Translations under genes and position numbers: made by a program
From: Nitrososphaera viennensis EN76
Lineage (GTDB): Archaea > Thermoproteota > Nitrososphaeria > Nitrososphaerales > Nitrososphaeraceae
Length of the DNA: 32,000 nucleotides
Assembly: GCF_000698785.1 (NCBI RefSeq)
Contig: NZ_CP007536.1
Coordinates: 1,080,001 to 1,112,000, forward strand
Reading direction: 5' to 3'
Notes under the pieces: model-generated
Databases searched by the model: none
Seen by the model: only the letters and a program-made list of their open reading frames with translations
Told to the model about the DNA's origin: nothing
In this document: positions 22,690 through 30,613 of the stretch, piece after piece
Layout: each line of letters opens with the position of its first letter
Numbering within the stretch: position 1 is the first letter of the stretch

Positions 22690-23175
22690 ATGAGTTCGCG
22701 GAATGAGGAGGCACGAAACCTGAGCGTCGTGAAACAGTACCTGAAGGCATTTGGCAGCGGAAACCCGGACGAAATGGCAAACCACCTGGCAGAGAATGCA
22801 GTATTTGAGATTCCAGGACCCAAAAATTCTGCATACTCTAAACACATCGTAGGCAAAAGGAGCATCCACGAATTCTACGCCAAAAGGCAGGAAACGCGCG
22901 GGAAATTCATAAAGAGCACGGCAGTCAAGCCGCGCTTTATCACGGGCAAGAACGCAGTCATCGCAGAGTGGACAGTCAGCGGGTACACCAGAGACGGCGA
23001 GAAATTCGAGTCGAGGGGAACAAACCACTTTACCCTGAACCGCGAGGGAAAGATAAAGAAGGTCAGCATCTTCATAAACGCGCCGCTATCGTCGGACGTC
23101 AGATCCCTGGCGGAGAGAAGGCTGATGGTGTCGGACCAGGGCCAGCTGGCGCTGATGGCATGGTCGGTCGTCTAA
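22690..23175 (+). CDS. NTF2-fold (SnoaL / ketosteroid-isomerase-like) protein
   Basis: 161 aa. N-terminal VVKQYLKAFGSGNPDEMANHLAENAVFEIPG...GKRSIHEFY...AEWTVSGYTRDGEKFESRGTNHFTLNREGKIKKVSIF is the typical SnoaL-like pattern. Confidence 0.6.
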   Translation: MSSRNEEARNLSVVKQYLKAFGSGNPDEMANHLAENAVFEIPGPKNSAYSKHIVGKRSIHEFYAKRQETRGKFIKSTAVKPRFITGKNAVIAEWTVSGYTRDGEKFESRGTNHFTLNREGKIKKVSIFINAPLSSDVRSLAERRLMVSDQGQLALMAWSVV

Positions 23176-23392
23176 GATAAACAAACACACTCTCTCCCTA
23201 CAGCCTGACGCCGAACCAAGGGCCCGTACACCCTTCTTTTCGACCGGCTCCAAAATACGCGCCGCGGCGGGATGGAAAGTTTTTGAATTGAACTGTTATT
23301 GTTACAGGGTTGAAAGTGATGGGCTTGTCCGACCAACCAGCCGAACAGAACCCAGCATGATTTAAATTGGATTTGCCAGGTCTTTTTTCGTA

Positions 23393-23710
23393 TTGCCTAT
23401 CGATCCCAACTTTCGGGAAAACAGGGTCGCAACGACATTTGAGAACCTGAAGGTATGGAAAGACAAGGCGAGCAACCTCGGGATCTATGGCACAGGCGTG
23501 GCAGTCGATTTTGACCTTTGCGTCGGCGACGGGGCATGCATCGACGTGTGCCCGGTGAACGTGTTTGACTGGCACGGCTCTGGCGCCGATAGAAAAGCGC
23601 TCCCAGCCCGCGAGCGCGACTGCATATACTGCTACGGCTGCGAGGCAGTATGCCCCAAGTTTGCAATCAGGGTTACCCCGCTGCAGGAGAAAAAGAGGCA
23701 AGAAAAATGA
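23393..23710 (+). CDS. Zinc-containing 2x[Fe-S] ferredoxin (Sulfolobus type)
   Basis: 105 aa, TTG start. N-terminal PIDPNFRENR...GIYGTGVAVDFDLCVGDGACIDVCPVNVFDW...CIYCYGCEAVCPKFAI closely parallels Sulfolobus ferredoxin (GIDPNYRTNR...[25 protein letters not shown]...CIFCMACVNVCPVAAI). TATA-like gatttaaatt lies about 27 nt upstream. Confidence 0.85.
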   Translation: MPIDPNFRENRVATTFENLKVWKDKASNLGIYGTGVAVDFDLCVGDGACIDVCPVNVFDWHGSGADRKALPARERDCIYCYGCEAVCPKFAIRVTPLQEKKRQEK

Positions 23711-24708
23711 TCAAGATAGACGAGAGCCGCATTTTCCAGATAATCGAGGAGCGCAAGCCCCGCTCAGTAGCATTGAACGGCGCCGAGGCGCTCATCCCGC
23801 GCCTGCAGGACGTGGCCGACCACGTGCACGAAAAATTCGGCATTGAGGCATACGTAATTGGCGACCCGTGCTGGGGCTCGTGCGATCTTAACACGCATGC
23901 GGCAGACATGCTCGGGGCAGACCTGCTGTTCAACGTGGGCCACACGGTGGCGATGGAGACCTTTGGCGAAAAGGTGGTGATGATAAACGCGTACGACGAC
24001 GTGAGCTTTGATTCTGTCGCAAGAAAGTTCGCAAAGGACATGCAGGGAAGGTACAAGGCGATATCTCTTGTCACGGACAGCCAGCACTTGGAGGAGGTGG
24101 AAAAAGCGCAGAAAATCTTTGAAGAGTTTGGATACAAGGTCATAATAGGTCGAGGAAAGGGCCAGCTGCGCGACGCGCAGGTATTTGGCTGCGAGTTCTA
24201 CCCCGCATGGAACGTGCAAAAGCAGGTCGACTGCTATGTATTCCTTGGCCAGAGCCAGTTCCACTCTGCAAGCGTGGCCATGTCGACAGAGAAGCCGACG
24301 TTCATGCTGGACCCGTATTTCGAGGAATACACTCAGATAAACGAGTTTGCTCAGGGGCTGCAAAAGCGCGCCATCCTTTCAATATACAAGGCTGCTGACG
24401 CCGAGCGCATCGGGATCGTCATCGGCCTGAAGGAGGGCCAGTTTGCGCACGTGCGCGCGCTGGAGCTGAAAAAGGAATTTGAAAAGCTGGGCAAGAAGGT
24501 GCAGCTGATAGCGCTTACGGAAATCACGGGCGACAGGATGCAGATATTCAAGGGAATCGACGCCTTTGTGCAGGTCGCCTGCCCCAGGATCGCGACGGAC
24601 AACCACTTTGCCAAGCCGATGCTTTCCGTGCCGCAGGCGCTTGCGCTCATCAAGCTGCTAAAGAAAGAGCCCATAGAAGACTTTCTCAGGATACAGCACT
24701 GGCTCTAG
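23707..24708 (+). CDS. dph2: 2-(3-amino-3-carboxypropyl)histidine synthase (diphthamide synthesis, non-canonical radical SAM enzyme)
   Basis: The start is the internal ATG at 23707 (MIKIDESRIF), overlapping the ferredoxin stop (ATGA). Blocks from my recalled alignment to P. horikoshii Dph2: GDPCWGSCD, NVGHT, IIGRGKGQL..AQVFGC, VQVACPRIA. Confidence 0.85.
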   Translation: MIKIDESRIFQIIEERKPRSVALNGAEALIPRLQDVADHVHEKFGIEAYVIGDPCWGSCDLNTHAADMLGADLLFNVGHTVAMETFGEKVVMINAYDDVSFDSVARKFAKDMQGRYKAISLVTDSQHLEEVEKAQKIFEEFGYKVIIGRGKGQLRDAQVFGCEFYPAWNVQKQVDCYVFLGQSQFHSASVAMSTEKPTFMLDPYFEEYTQINEFAQGLQKRAILSIYKAADAERIGIVIGLKEGQFAHVRALELKKEFEKLGKKVQLIALTEITGDRMQIFKGIDAFVQVACPRIATDNHFAKPMLSVPQALALIKLLKKEPIEDFLRIQHWL

Positions 24709-25096
24709 TTTAGTAACAAGCTTCTGGGTATTGCCTCTTTTTGATACCAGTTGCCTCGTGCAAACAATTAAATAGAGCGTCAAAAATTTCGTGATTTCCT
24801 TGAAAATCTTGTAGAATTCCACATTTGTCGAAATACCACTGAAATACTTTCGCAAAAATATGCGTGACATCATGCGAAATATTGAACAGATAACTATGAT
24901 TTCTCCATATTTTATTTAGAACATTTACAATAATGAGCAGAAGCAGATTATACGAATTTTGACATTAACCAGCTTTTAATGATAGAATATTTGTACAAAT
25001 CTTAAATAGATATTGGGTGTAATTCATAGCAAGGGAAAAAGAAGACCAGGGCGGGCAACCGTCATGTGCCACTATTTTGCCCCCCAGTGATAAAAA

Positions 25097-25339
25097 ATGA
25101 CTTGCAAGGGTATATGCATCCGTCACAAGGCTCAAAAGCCAGTCGGCTCGGGCAGGTACGCCAGCGGGCAGAAGAGGTGCCAGATCTGCGAGATATTCAT
25201 CAAGTGGGACGGCCTCTGGTGCCCGTGCTGCGGGTACAGGCTCCGCACAAAGCCAAGGAACCTGAAGTACAAGGCAAAGCTGCGCGCCAGAGCAAAAAAG
25301 ATGGCGGTGGCCAAGCCGATCGCGGTTCGCTCAAGATAA
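25097..25339 (+). CDS. Small basic zinc-finger protein
   Basis: 80 aa. CKGIC...x19...CQIC...x10...CPCC, followed by a Lys/Arg-rich tail. Possibly binds nucleic acid. No family named. Confidence 0.5.
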   Translation: MTCKGICIRHKAQKPVGSGRYASGQKRCQICEIFIKWDGLWCPCCGYRLRTKPRNLKYKAKLRARAKKMAVAKPIAVRSR

Positions 25340-25357
25340 AAGCGAGCAAGACTGGCG

Positions 25358-25735
25358 ATGGAGAGCGGAACTGGAGCGCCGAGCAGGGAGGAGGTCCGCT
25401 CGGACAGCGGAAGAAGTTTCCTGCTTGAAGCCAATTTTTACGGCAACGGTTGTTTTCTAGCCATTTCGGAAGGAGGCAACAGGAGGATAGGCGCCATATC
25501 GGTAGCGATAAGCTCGCAGAACAACACGACTGCGGCAAAGGTCATACCGAGCAAGAGCGATCCCCTTTTCGTCAACACTATTGCGGAGAAGGTGGCGTCC
25601 ATGATAAACGGCATCTGCATAGTCTCGTTCTACGCAAAGGGCCAGTTAAAGCTTGAAGACATGAAAGCAATTATGGGAGGGGTTATGCATATCGTGGAGG
25701 CAGAAGGTAACAATAGCAATGGCAACAACAAGTAA
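25358..25735 (+). CDS. Hypothetical protein overlapping the start of the UbiD-family gene (possible accessory subunit or chaperone)
   Basis: 125 aa: ...FLLEANFYGNGCFLAISEGGNRRIGAISVAISSQNNTTAAKVIPSKSDPLFVNTIAEKVASMINGICIVSFYAKGQL... It overlaps the downstream UbiD homologue by 17 nt. Function is not recognised with confidence. Confidence 0.5.
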   Translation: MESGTGAPSREEVRSDSGRSFLLEANFYGNGCFLAISEGGNRRIGAISVAISSQNNTTAAKVIPSKSDPLFVNTIAEKVASMINGICIVSFYAKGQLKLEDMKAIMGGVMHIVEAEGNNSNGNNK

Positions 25736-27107
25736 CAACGGCGATCTCCGCAGCTACCTCTCGCTGCTTGAAAAAGAGGGCGAGCTTGTCCGCGTCAAAA
25801 AGGCAGTCAGCGCAAAATTCGAGCTTGCGGCCGTGGTTTCCAAGCTTGACTCCAGGCAGGCGGTGCTGTTTGAAAAGGTAAAGGAGAGCAGCAGCAAGAT
25901 CTCTGTCGCAAGCAACGTCTGCGGCACGCCGGGGAGGTTCTACATGGCCATCAGCTCAAAGAGCGTGCCAAAGGGCGTCGCCGAGGCAAAAAAGGCGATA
26001 CACGCCCGCGTTGGCGAGGCGCTTGCGGGCATGTCCGTACCTTCAAAAACGCAGGAGACAGCGCCGTTATTTGAGCAAAACTCCTCAAGGGACCTGAACG
26101 ACCTGCCGATAGTGACGCATTTTGAAAAGGACGCCGGCGCGTTTGTCACGGCGTCCGTTGTTTTTGCAAAGGACGGCGAGCGGGGAAACCAGAACTCTTC
26201 CACCCACCGCCTGCTGCGCATGGATGAAAAACACATGGCGATAAGGATGGTGGAGGGCAGGCACCTGCACAAGTGCTACACGTACGCAAAGGACCACGGC
26301 GAGGACCTGAAAGTGGCCATCGCAGTCGGCGTGCACCCGGCAGTCAGCATCGCTGCGGCGTACCAGGCTGCGTACGGCGTCGACGAGATGATGATCGCAA
26401 ACGCGCTCCTCGAAGGCAGGCTAAAGCTAGCCAAGGCCAGTTATTCTCAATTGTACGTGCCGAATCATTCAGAGATAATCATCGAGGGCAGGATACTCAA
26501 GGACAGGGTGCAGGAGGAGTGGATGGTCGAGATGCTCCGCACGTACGACTTTAGGCGCAAGCAGCCGGTGTTTGAGCTTGAAAGGATAAGGTTCCGGGAC
26601 AACGCAATCTACCACGACATACTTCCAGGCTACGCTGAGCACCGCCTGCTGATGGGCCTGCCGGTGGAAGCCAAGATGTACGACTATGTCAAGAGCGTCG
26701 TTCCCACCACGCAGGCGGTGCACCTCACCAACGGCGGGAGCAACTGGCTCTCTGCTGTTATCCAGATAAAAAAGCGCCTTGAAGGCGAGCCCAAGAACGC
26801 CATCATGGCCGCGTTTGCCGCCCACCCGTCGTTAAAGATGGCTACCGTGGTGGACGACGACATCGACCCGGCGGACGCAGTCGCAGTGGAATACGCCGTT
26901 GCGACGAGGTGCCAGGCGGACAGGGGCTTTGTCATCATTCCAAACGCAAAGGGCTCCAGCCTCGACCCTTCAAGCGACCAGCAGAACCTGCTCACCACCA
27001 AGGTCGGCATCGACGCGACTGCGACCATCCTGAAACCGAAGGAGAGGTTCGAGATTGCGAGGATTCCCGGCGAGGACGAGATCGACGTAAGCAATTACAT
27101 CACCTAA
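25719..27107 (+). CDS. UbiD-family (prFMN-dependent) decarboxylase; likely anhydromevalonate phosphate decarboxylase
   Basis: 462 aa. UbiD-like blocks DLRSYLSLLEKEGELVRVKK, FEKDAGAFVTASVVFAKD..GNQNSSTHRL, and VAIAVGVHP. Archaea lack ubiquinone, and the archaeal mevalonate pathway uses a UbiD homologue together with AcnX, which is present at 2237..3828. The specific substrate is inference. Confidence 0.75.
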   Translation: MATTSNNGDLRSYLSLLEKEGELVRVKKAVSAKFELAAVVSKLDSRQAVLFEKVKESSSKISVASNVCGTPGRFYMAISSKSVPKGVAEAKKAIHARVGEALAGMSVPSKTQETAPLFEQNSSRDLNDLPIVTHFEKDAGAFVTASVVFAKDGERGNQNSSTHRLLRMDEKHMAIRMVEGRHLHKCYTYAKDHGEDLKVAIAVGVHPAVSIAAAYQAAYGVDEMMIANALLEGRLKLAKASYSQLYVPNHSEIIIEGRILKDRVQEEWMVEMLRTYDFRRKQPVFELERIRFRDNAIYHDILPGYAEHRLLMGLPVEAKMYDYVKSVVPTTQAVHLTNGGSNWLSAVIQIKKRLEGEPKNAIMAAFAAHPSLKMATVVDDDIDPADAVAVEYAVATRCQADRGFVIIPNAKGSSLDPSSDQQNLLTTKVGIDATATILKPKERFEIARIPGEDEIDVSNYIT

Positions 27108-27144
27108 TAAGATTAAATAGCCTCATACACTAACACTGTGCGCC

Positions 27145-27474
27145 ATGAAAGCTAACAATTATGCCATGAAAGACTGGCACCTTGAACACGTTGAAAAAGT
27201 AATTGTTCGCTATGTCAAGGGCGTGTCCCCTGACGCTTCCTCTTTTGAAAAACGCAACTACAAGAAATACAGCACGGTCTCCAGCTGCGCCAAGCAGATA
27301 GAGTACGACATCAAGCACGGCGTGACGCACGAGGAGGTCATGGCAGTCGTGCGCAAGGTCCGCCACGACAAGTCGTTCAAGGACCTGCAAAAGAGCCCCG
27401 AGTCGCTCCAGCGCCTTGACGAGCTGGAACGGCAGATCTGCGCCCCGAAAAAAGTGGCGGCGTCGTTCTTCTGA
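27145..27474 (+). CDS. Hypothetical protein
   Basis: 109-aa charged, helical-looking ORF with no overlap problems. No motif recognised. Confidence 0.45.
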   Translation: MKANNYAMKDWHLEHVEKVIVRYVKGVSPDASSFEKRNYKKYSTVSSCAKQIEYDIKHGVTHEEVMAVVRKVRHDKSFKDLQKSPESLQRLDELERQICAPKKVAASFF

Positions 27475-27526
27475 ACCTGAAATAAATAGTTATATTGGCG
27501 TTGTCGGGCAAGACTGGTGCCTGCAT

Positions 27527-28087
27527 ATGTCAGAGTACCGGTTCACCGACGGCAACCTTCTTGTCCTGTACGCAGTCCACAGGGGCAAGTCCCAAGACGG
27601 CGGGCTACCTGATTATGTACAAGAGCGCGTCAAGGTCAGCCTAGAGACGTACAACATGATAATGAAGTCGAGGCCGGACAGGCACAAGACGATGGTCATG
27701 ATAGTCGGCGAGCCGGGCCCGTCAGAGAAGGTAAAAGAGATTCTGGTAAAGGGCGGGGTAAAACCGGAAATCATCGCCATCGATTCAGAATCCAAGAACA
27801 TCGGGCAAACAATCGACTATATCCACAGCATGATAAGCAAAAAGCCAAACCCGCCTTTCATCTATTTCATAGCGTCTGTGTGGCTGCATGACACGTACAA
27901 CACGACGGTCATTTCAAAGATGAAGGGTATCAAGACGCAGTTCTACGGCGCGCTTGACCACAGGCCGGTGCACGAGGTGGAGCAGGAAAAGACGTATGAT
28001 GCCCCGAAAAAGGGCGGCGAGTACTACAAGCGCAAGCTGACAAACAAGGCAGTAGACGTTGTTTTGAATATAATTTTCCCCGACTAG
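27527..28087 (+). CDS. DUF218 / YdcF-like protein
   Basis: Start moved to the ATG at 27527 (MSEYRFTDGNLLVLYAV), with TATA-like aaataaatagttatatt about 30 nt upstream. MVMIVGEPGPSEKVKEILVKGGVKPEIIAIDSESKNIGQTIDYI resembles the DUF218 core (G..........L...Gv....I..e..S.nT.en). Confidence 0.5.
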   Translation: MSEYRFTDGNLLVLYAVHRGKSQDGGLPDYVQERVKVSLETYNMIMKSRPDRHKTMVMIVGEPGPSEKVKEILVKGGVKPEIIAIDSESKNIGQTIDYIHSMISKKPNPPFIYFIASVWLHDTYNTTVISKMKGIKTQFYGALDHRPVHEVEQEKTYDAPKKGGEYYKRKLTNKAVDVVLNIIFPD

Positions 28088-28139
28088 CTACAATTGGCAG
28101 CAAAAGACTGTTTCCACATCGCTTAAATTCTGCAAATGT

Positions 28140-28589
28140 TTGAACATCGCACGGTTGTTACAGCATACACTGGCTCTGGCGTTCATTTTTGTTGTAATAT
28201 CAGTAATCCCGTTGATCCCGTCAGCTTTTGCAACTAGCTATGAGCTGATGACGCCTTCCATTCCAAAAGCCATAACAATCGACAACTTGCCTGCGAGGGA
28301 GGGAATGGTAGGACAACAGTTAATGATAACGACCACTGTCCAAAGCAACCTGAATGAAGCGAGGCCCTACGCAGCCATAATCGAGATAAGGGATTCTGAC
28401 GGAGTAACAATAGCATTGAGCTATCAAGAGGGAAATATGGATGCCCACGGTTTGACACCAATGGGAATGTCATGGATTCCGCAAAAAGCAGGCACATATC
28501 AATTTCGCACGTTTGTAGTAAGCGGCATACAAAATGCACAAGCCTATTCGCCCGTAGCATCTTCGGAAATCAAGATAAGCGAGCGTTGA
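28140..28589 (+). CDS. Secreted protein carrying the recurrent beta-domain
   Basis: 149 aa, TTG start. Signal-like LALAFIFVVISVIPLIPSAFA. MVGQQLMITTTVQSNLNEARPYAAIIEIRDSDGVTIALSYQEGNMDAHG...MSWIPQKAGTYQFRTFVVSG aligns with VGQQVLVSSQITS...QPYAFIVQVVDADGFTASLTWVEGSLDPGQ...SSWTAGAPGDYTVNVLVWDG of 11873..13777. Confidence 0.65.
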   Translation: MNIARLLQHTLALAFIFVVISVIPLIPSAFATSYELMTPSIPKAITIDNLPAREGMVGQQLMITTTVQSNLNEARPYAAIIEIRDSDGVTIALSYQEGNMDAHGLTPMGMSWIPQKAGTYQFRTFVVSGIQNAQAYSPVASSEIKISER

Positions 28590-28662
28590 CACGTATAGCG
28601 CAAAATCCAAGTTTTGCAGACTGATAAGATTTAATACCCTTGCCACTTTCGCTAGTCCAAGT

Positions 28663-28792
28663 GCGGTCATCGTCTAGTTTGGTCTAGGACGCTGGCCTTC
28701 CAAGCGCGTTGCGCGCGGAGAAAGCCCGCGACCCGGGACCCGGTTTTTCAAAAGGAAATTGGGCGGGAATTCGAATCCCGGTGACCGCACCA
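28663..28792 (+). tRNA. tRNA-Gly (anticodon UCC) with two putative introns and encoded CCA
   Basis: Acceptor GCGGTCA / TGACCGC + A + CCA. U8. D-arm GTCT-AGTTTGGTCTA-GGAC. Anticodon stem CTGGC with loop CTTCCA|A. 3' stem GCCCG, giving one U28-C42 mismatch. T-arm CCGGG-TTCGAAT-CCCGG. This parse requires removing 20 nt at 28703-28722 (canonical 37/38 position) and 32 nt at 28738-28769 (between T-stem and T-loop). The spliced length is 75 nt plus CCA. Confidence 0.75.
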
Positions 28793-28905
28793 AAATAATA
28801 ATATTGTAATTTGTAGATTATTTGATCTTGCGAGTGATTTCTCTCCGTAATCCGATTTCAAGTTCGCAGAATTCCAGAGCCTTCCAATAGCTTGCAGGAA
28901 AACAC

Positions 28906-29325
28906 CTACTGTCGCCGTTGCATCAAGATATCGTCAGGCGTCCTTGGCTTTCCATCCCTGAAGACGATTTTTGGCATGTTCCTCATTGAAAAAGAGGCGG
29001 CTGCAAGCAACACCGGCTCAAACTCTTTACCCAGATCCGTCAGCCCGTACTCTACCCTGATTGGAGAGTCTGACACGATCCTTCTCCTGACAATTCCGTG
29101 GCTTTGAAGCTCGCGCAAGCGTTCAGTGAGAACCTTTGGCGTTATGCCTTCTATATTTTCGAGAAAGCGGTTGAACTGCGTCGTGCCCCTGAGCAATTCC
29201 CTTATGATTAGAACGGTCCATCTTTTTCCTATAATTTTGAAGGTCGTTTCGATCGGGCAGGACTTGAGCTCTGGGAGGCTGTAAACAGCTTCTATCATTG
29301 AACATGTTCTATCGTTCATTGCCAT
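28906..29325 (-). CDS. HxlR-family winged-helix transcriptional regulator
   Basis: 139 aa. CPIETTFKIIGKRWTVLIIRELLRGTTQFNRFLENIEGITPKVLTERLRELQSHGIVRRRIVSDSPIRVEYGLTDLG is the canonical HxlR pattern. Confidence 0.85.
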   Translation of the reverse strand: MAMNDRTCSMIEAVYSLPELKSCPIETTFKIIGKRWTVLIIRELLRGTTQFNRFLENIEGITPKVLTERLRELQSHGIVRRRIVSDSPIRVEYGLTDLGKEFEPVLLAAASFSMRNMPKIVFRDGKPRTPDDILMQRRQ

Positions 29326-29339
29326 TCACTTTCCATCCG

Positions 29340-29363
29340 GTAACCAGCTATGATTCTGGTTAC
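29340..29363. promoter_or_regulatory. Inverted repeat in the divergent HxlR / membrane-protein promoter
   Basis: GTAACCAG-ctatgatt-CTGGTTAC has perfect 8-bp arms. It lies 15 nt upstream of the HxlR ATG (29325) and just upstream of TATA-like gcttataaacta, which precedes the ATG at 29404. Confidence 0.45.
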
Positions 29364-29403
29364 GTGAGGCTTATAAACTATGCTTTTGATAGCAAGTATG
29401 TAA

Positions 29404-29835
29404 ATGAAACTGCTTGACGGCTATTCAAAACAGACGCAATACAACAACACGACTTCCATCCTGATAGCGCTGCAAACGTGGAGGGTGGCAGGCATAGTTT
29501 TCCTGTGGGGCGTGGCCCAGGGAATCCTGAATCCTGCCTTTGGGATACCTGCGGGAATTGGAGACATCCTGATCGGGGTGACGGCGATCCCGTTTGCCTT
29601 CTTTCTCAGGAAAGGCTACAGCTGGTCAAAGTACGCCCTTATAGTCTGGAACGTGCTTGGCATTGCAGATCTGGCAATGGCAGTCAGCCTTGGCCTCCTT
29701 ACGTCGCCGGATTTCGGAACTTCGACAATGACGACATTCCCCTGGGTTCTCGTTCCCACCGTTGCAGTGCCGGCAGCGCTAACGCTGCATGGGATCACGC
29801 TGTACCGTCTGAAACGCTGGACGCAGTTGCAATGA
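29404..29835 (+). CDS. Integral membrane protein (about 4 TM helices), divergent from HxlR
   Basis: 143 aa. Hydrophobic segments WRVAGIVFLWGVAQGIL, GIGDILIGVTAIPFAFFL, ALIVWNVLGIADLAMAVSLGLL and FPWVLVPTVAVPAALTLHGI. No family named. Confidence 0.6.
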   Translation: MKLLDGYSKQTQYNNTTSILIALQTWRVAGIVFLWGVAQGILNPAFGIPAGIGDILIGVTAIPFAFFLRKGYSWSKYALIVWNVLGIADLAMAVSLGLLTSPDFGTSTMTTFPWVLVPTVAVPAALTLHGITLYRLKRWTQLQ

Positions 29836-30044
29836 CGAGCAAGTTGCAACATAAGGCAGATGGTTCGTGCAGGCAAGAGAGGCCATCGAACCTCCCCTAC
29901 TTTTTTTCATGAAATCACGAGGAGTTAGGTTGCTCATGGACAAGAAAATCTTGTCCACGTTTAACACAAGGCAAAACTAACGTCAACTAACTGCGCAGGA
30001 AAAAGCGACGATCATGCCCCACAATTCAATTCAGGCGACCGCGC

Positions 30045-30542
30045 TTAGATCTCGTTGTCAAACGTCACAGGCACCAAGGTGAGAGTGGACTCGATCTGCG
30101 CAGTTCCGGCCGCCCTCCACGTTATCGCATCAGGGTTGTCCCTTATCTTGTTGTAAATGTCGGCAATCCTGTCGTCAAACTCTAGCACAAACTCGTCGTC
30201 CCGCAGGGGCACGGAATTTTGCGAGAATATCGCCGGCCTGCCGTTGAGCGGGACGTTCTCGTACGAGAGGGTATGCGAGCCCAGTGATTGCCCGTCGGCA
30301 AAGAGCTCATAGTCTATCCTGGAAGTGGTCGCCGTCTGGTCGGTCGGGTTTGTAACCGTGAACACGACCCTCATCTGCATATTCTCTGCGGTTGCCTCAA
30401 GGACGGTCACGTTTGACAACGCAACTGTCACCTCGTTGAGGCGGGGAGCGGTTGCGCCAAATATCAGCGGCAATAGAATGATGGTGGCGGCGACGGCAGC
30501 GATTGCGCCGATGAGCACTGCTCTTCTCGGGCCTATGAGCAC
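30045..30542 (-). CDS. Membrane-anchored LEA_2 (LEA14 / NDR1-HIN1-like) domain protein
   Basis: 165 aa, GTG start. N-terminal TM VLIGAIAAVAATIILLPLIF. V.V.NPN-type pattern: MQMRVVFTVTNPTDQTATTSRIDYELFADGQSLGS. Assigned by pattern recall only. Confidence 0.55.
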   Translation of the reverse strand: MLIGPRRAVLIGAIAAVAATIILLPLIFGATAPRLNEVTVALSNVTVLEATAENMQMRVVFTVTNPTDQTATTSRIDYELFADGQSLGSHTLSYENVPLNGRPAIFSQNSVPLRDDEFVLEFDDRIADIYNKIRDNPDAITWRAAGTAQIESTLTLVPVTFDNEI

Positions 30543-30613
30543 GGGCTATGCTCTTTCTGGAGCGCATTAAAACCTTTCTTCGCCAAGCAGCATCGATAAT
30601 ATAGTGCAAGGGC

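Noticed and set aside
23198-23701. 167-aa minus-strand ORF spanning the ferredoxin gene and its upstream region
   Set aside because: It is antisense to a ferredoxin with an unmistakable Sulfolobus-type sequence.
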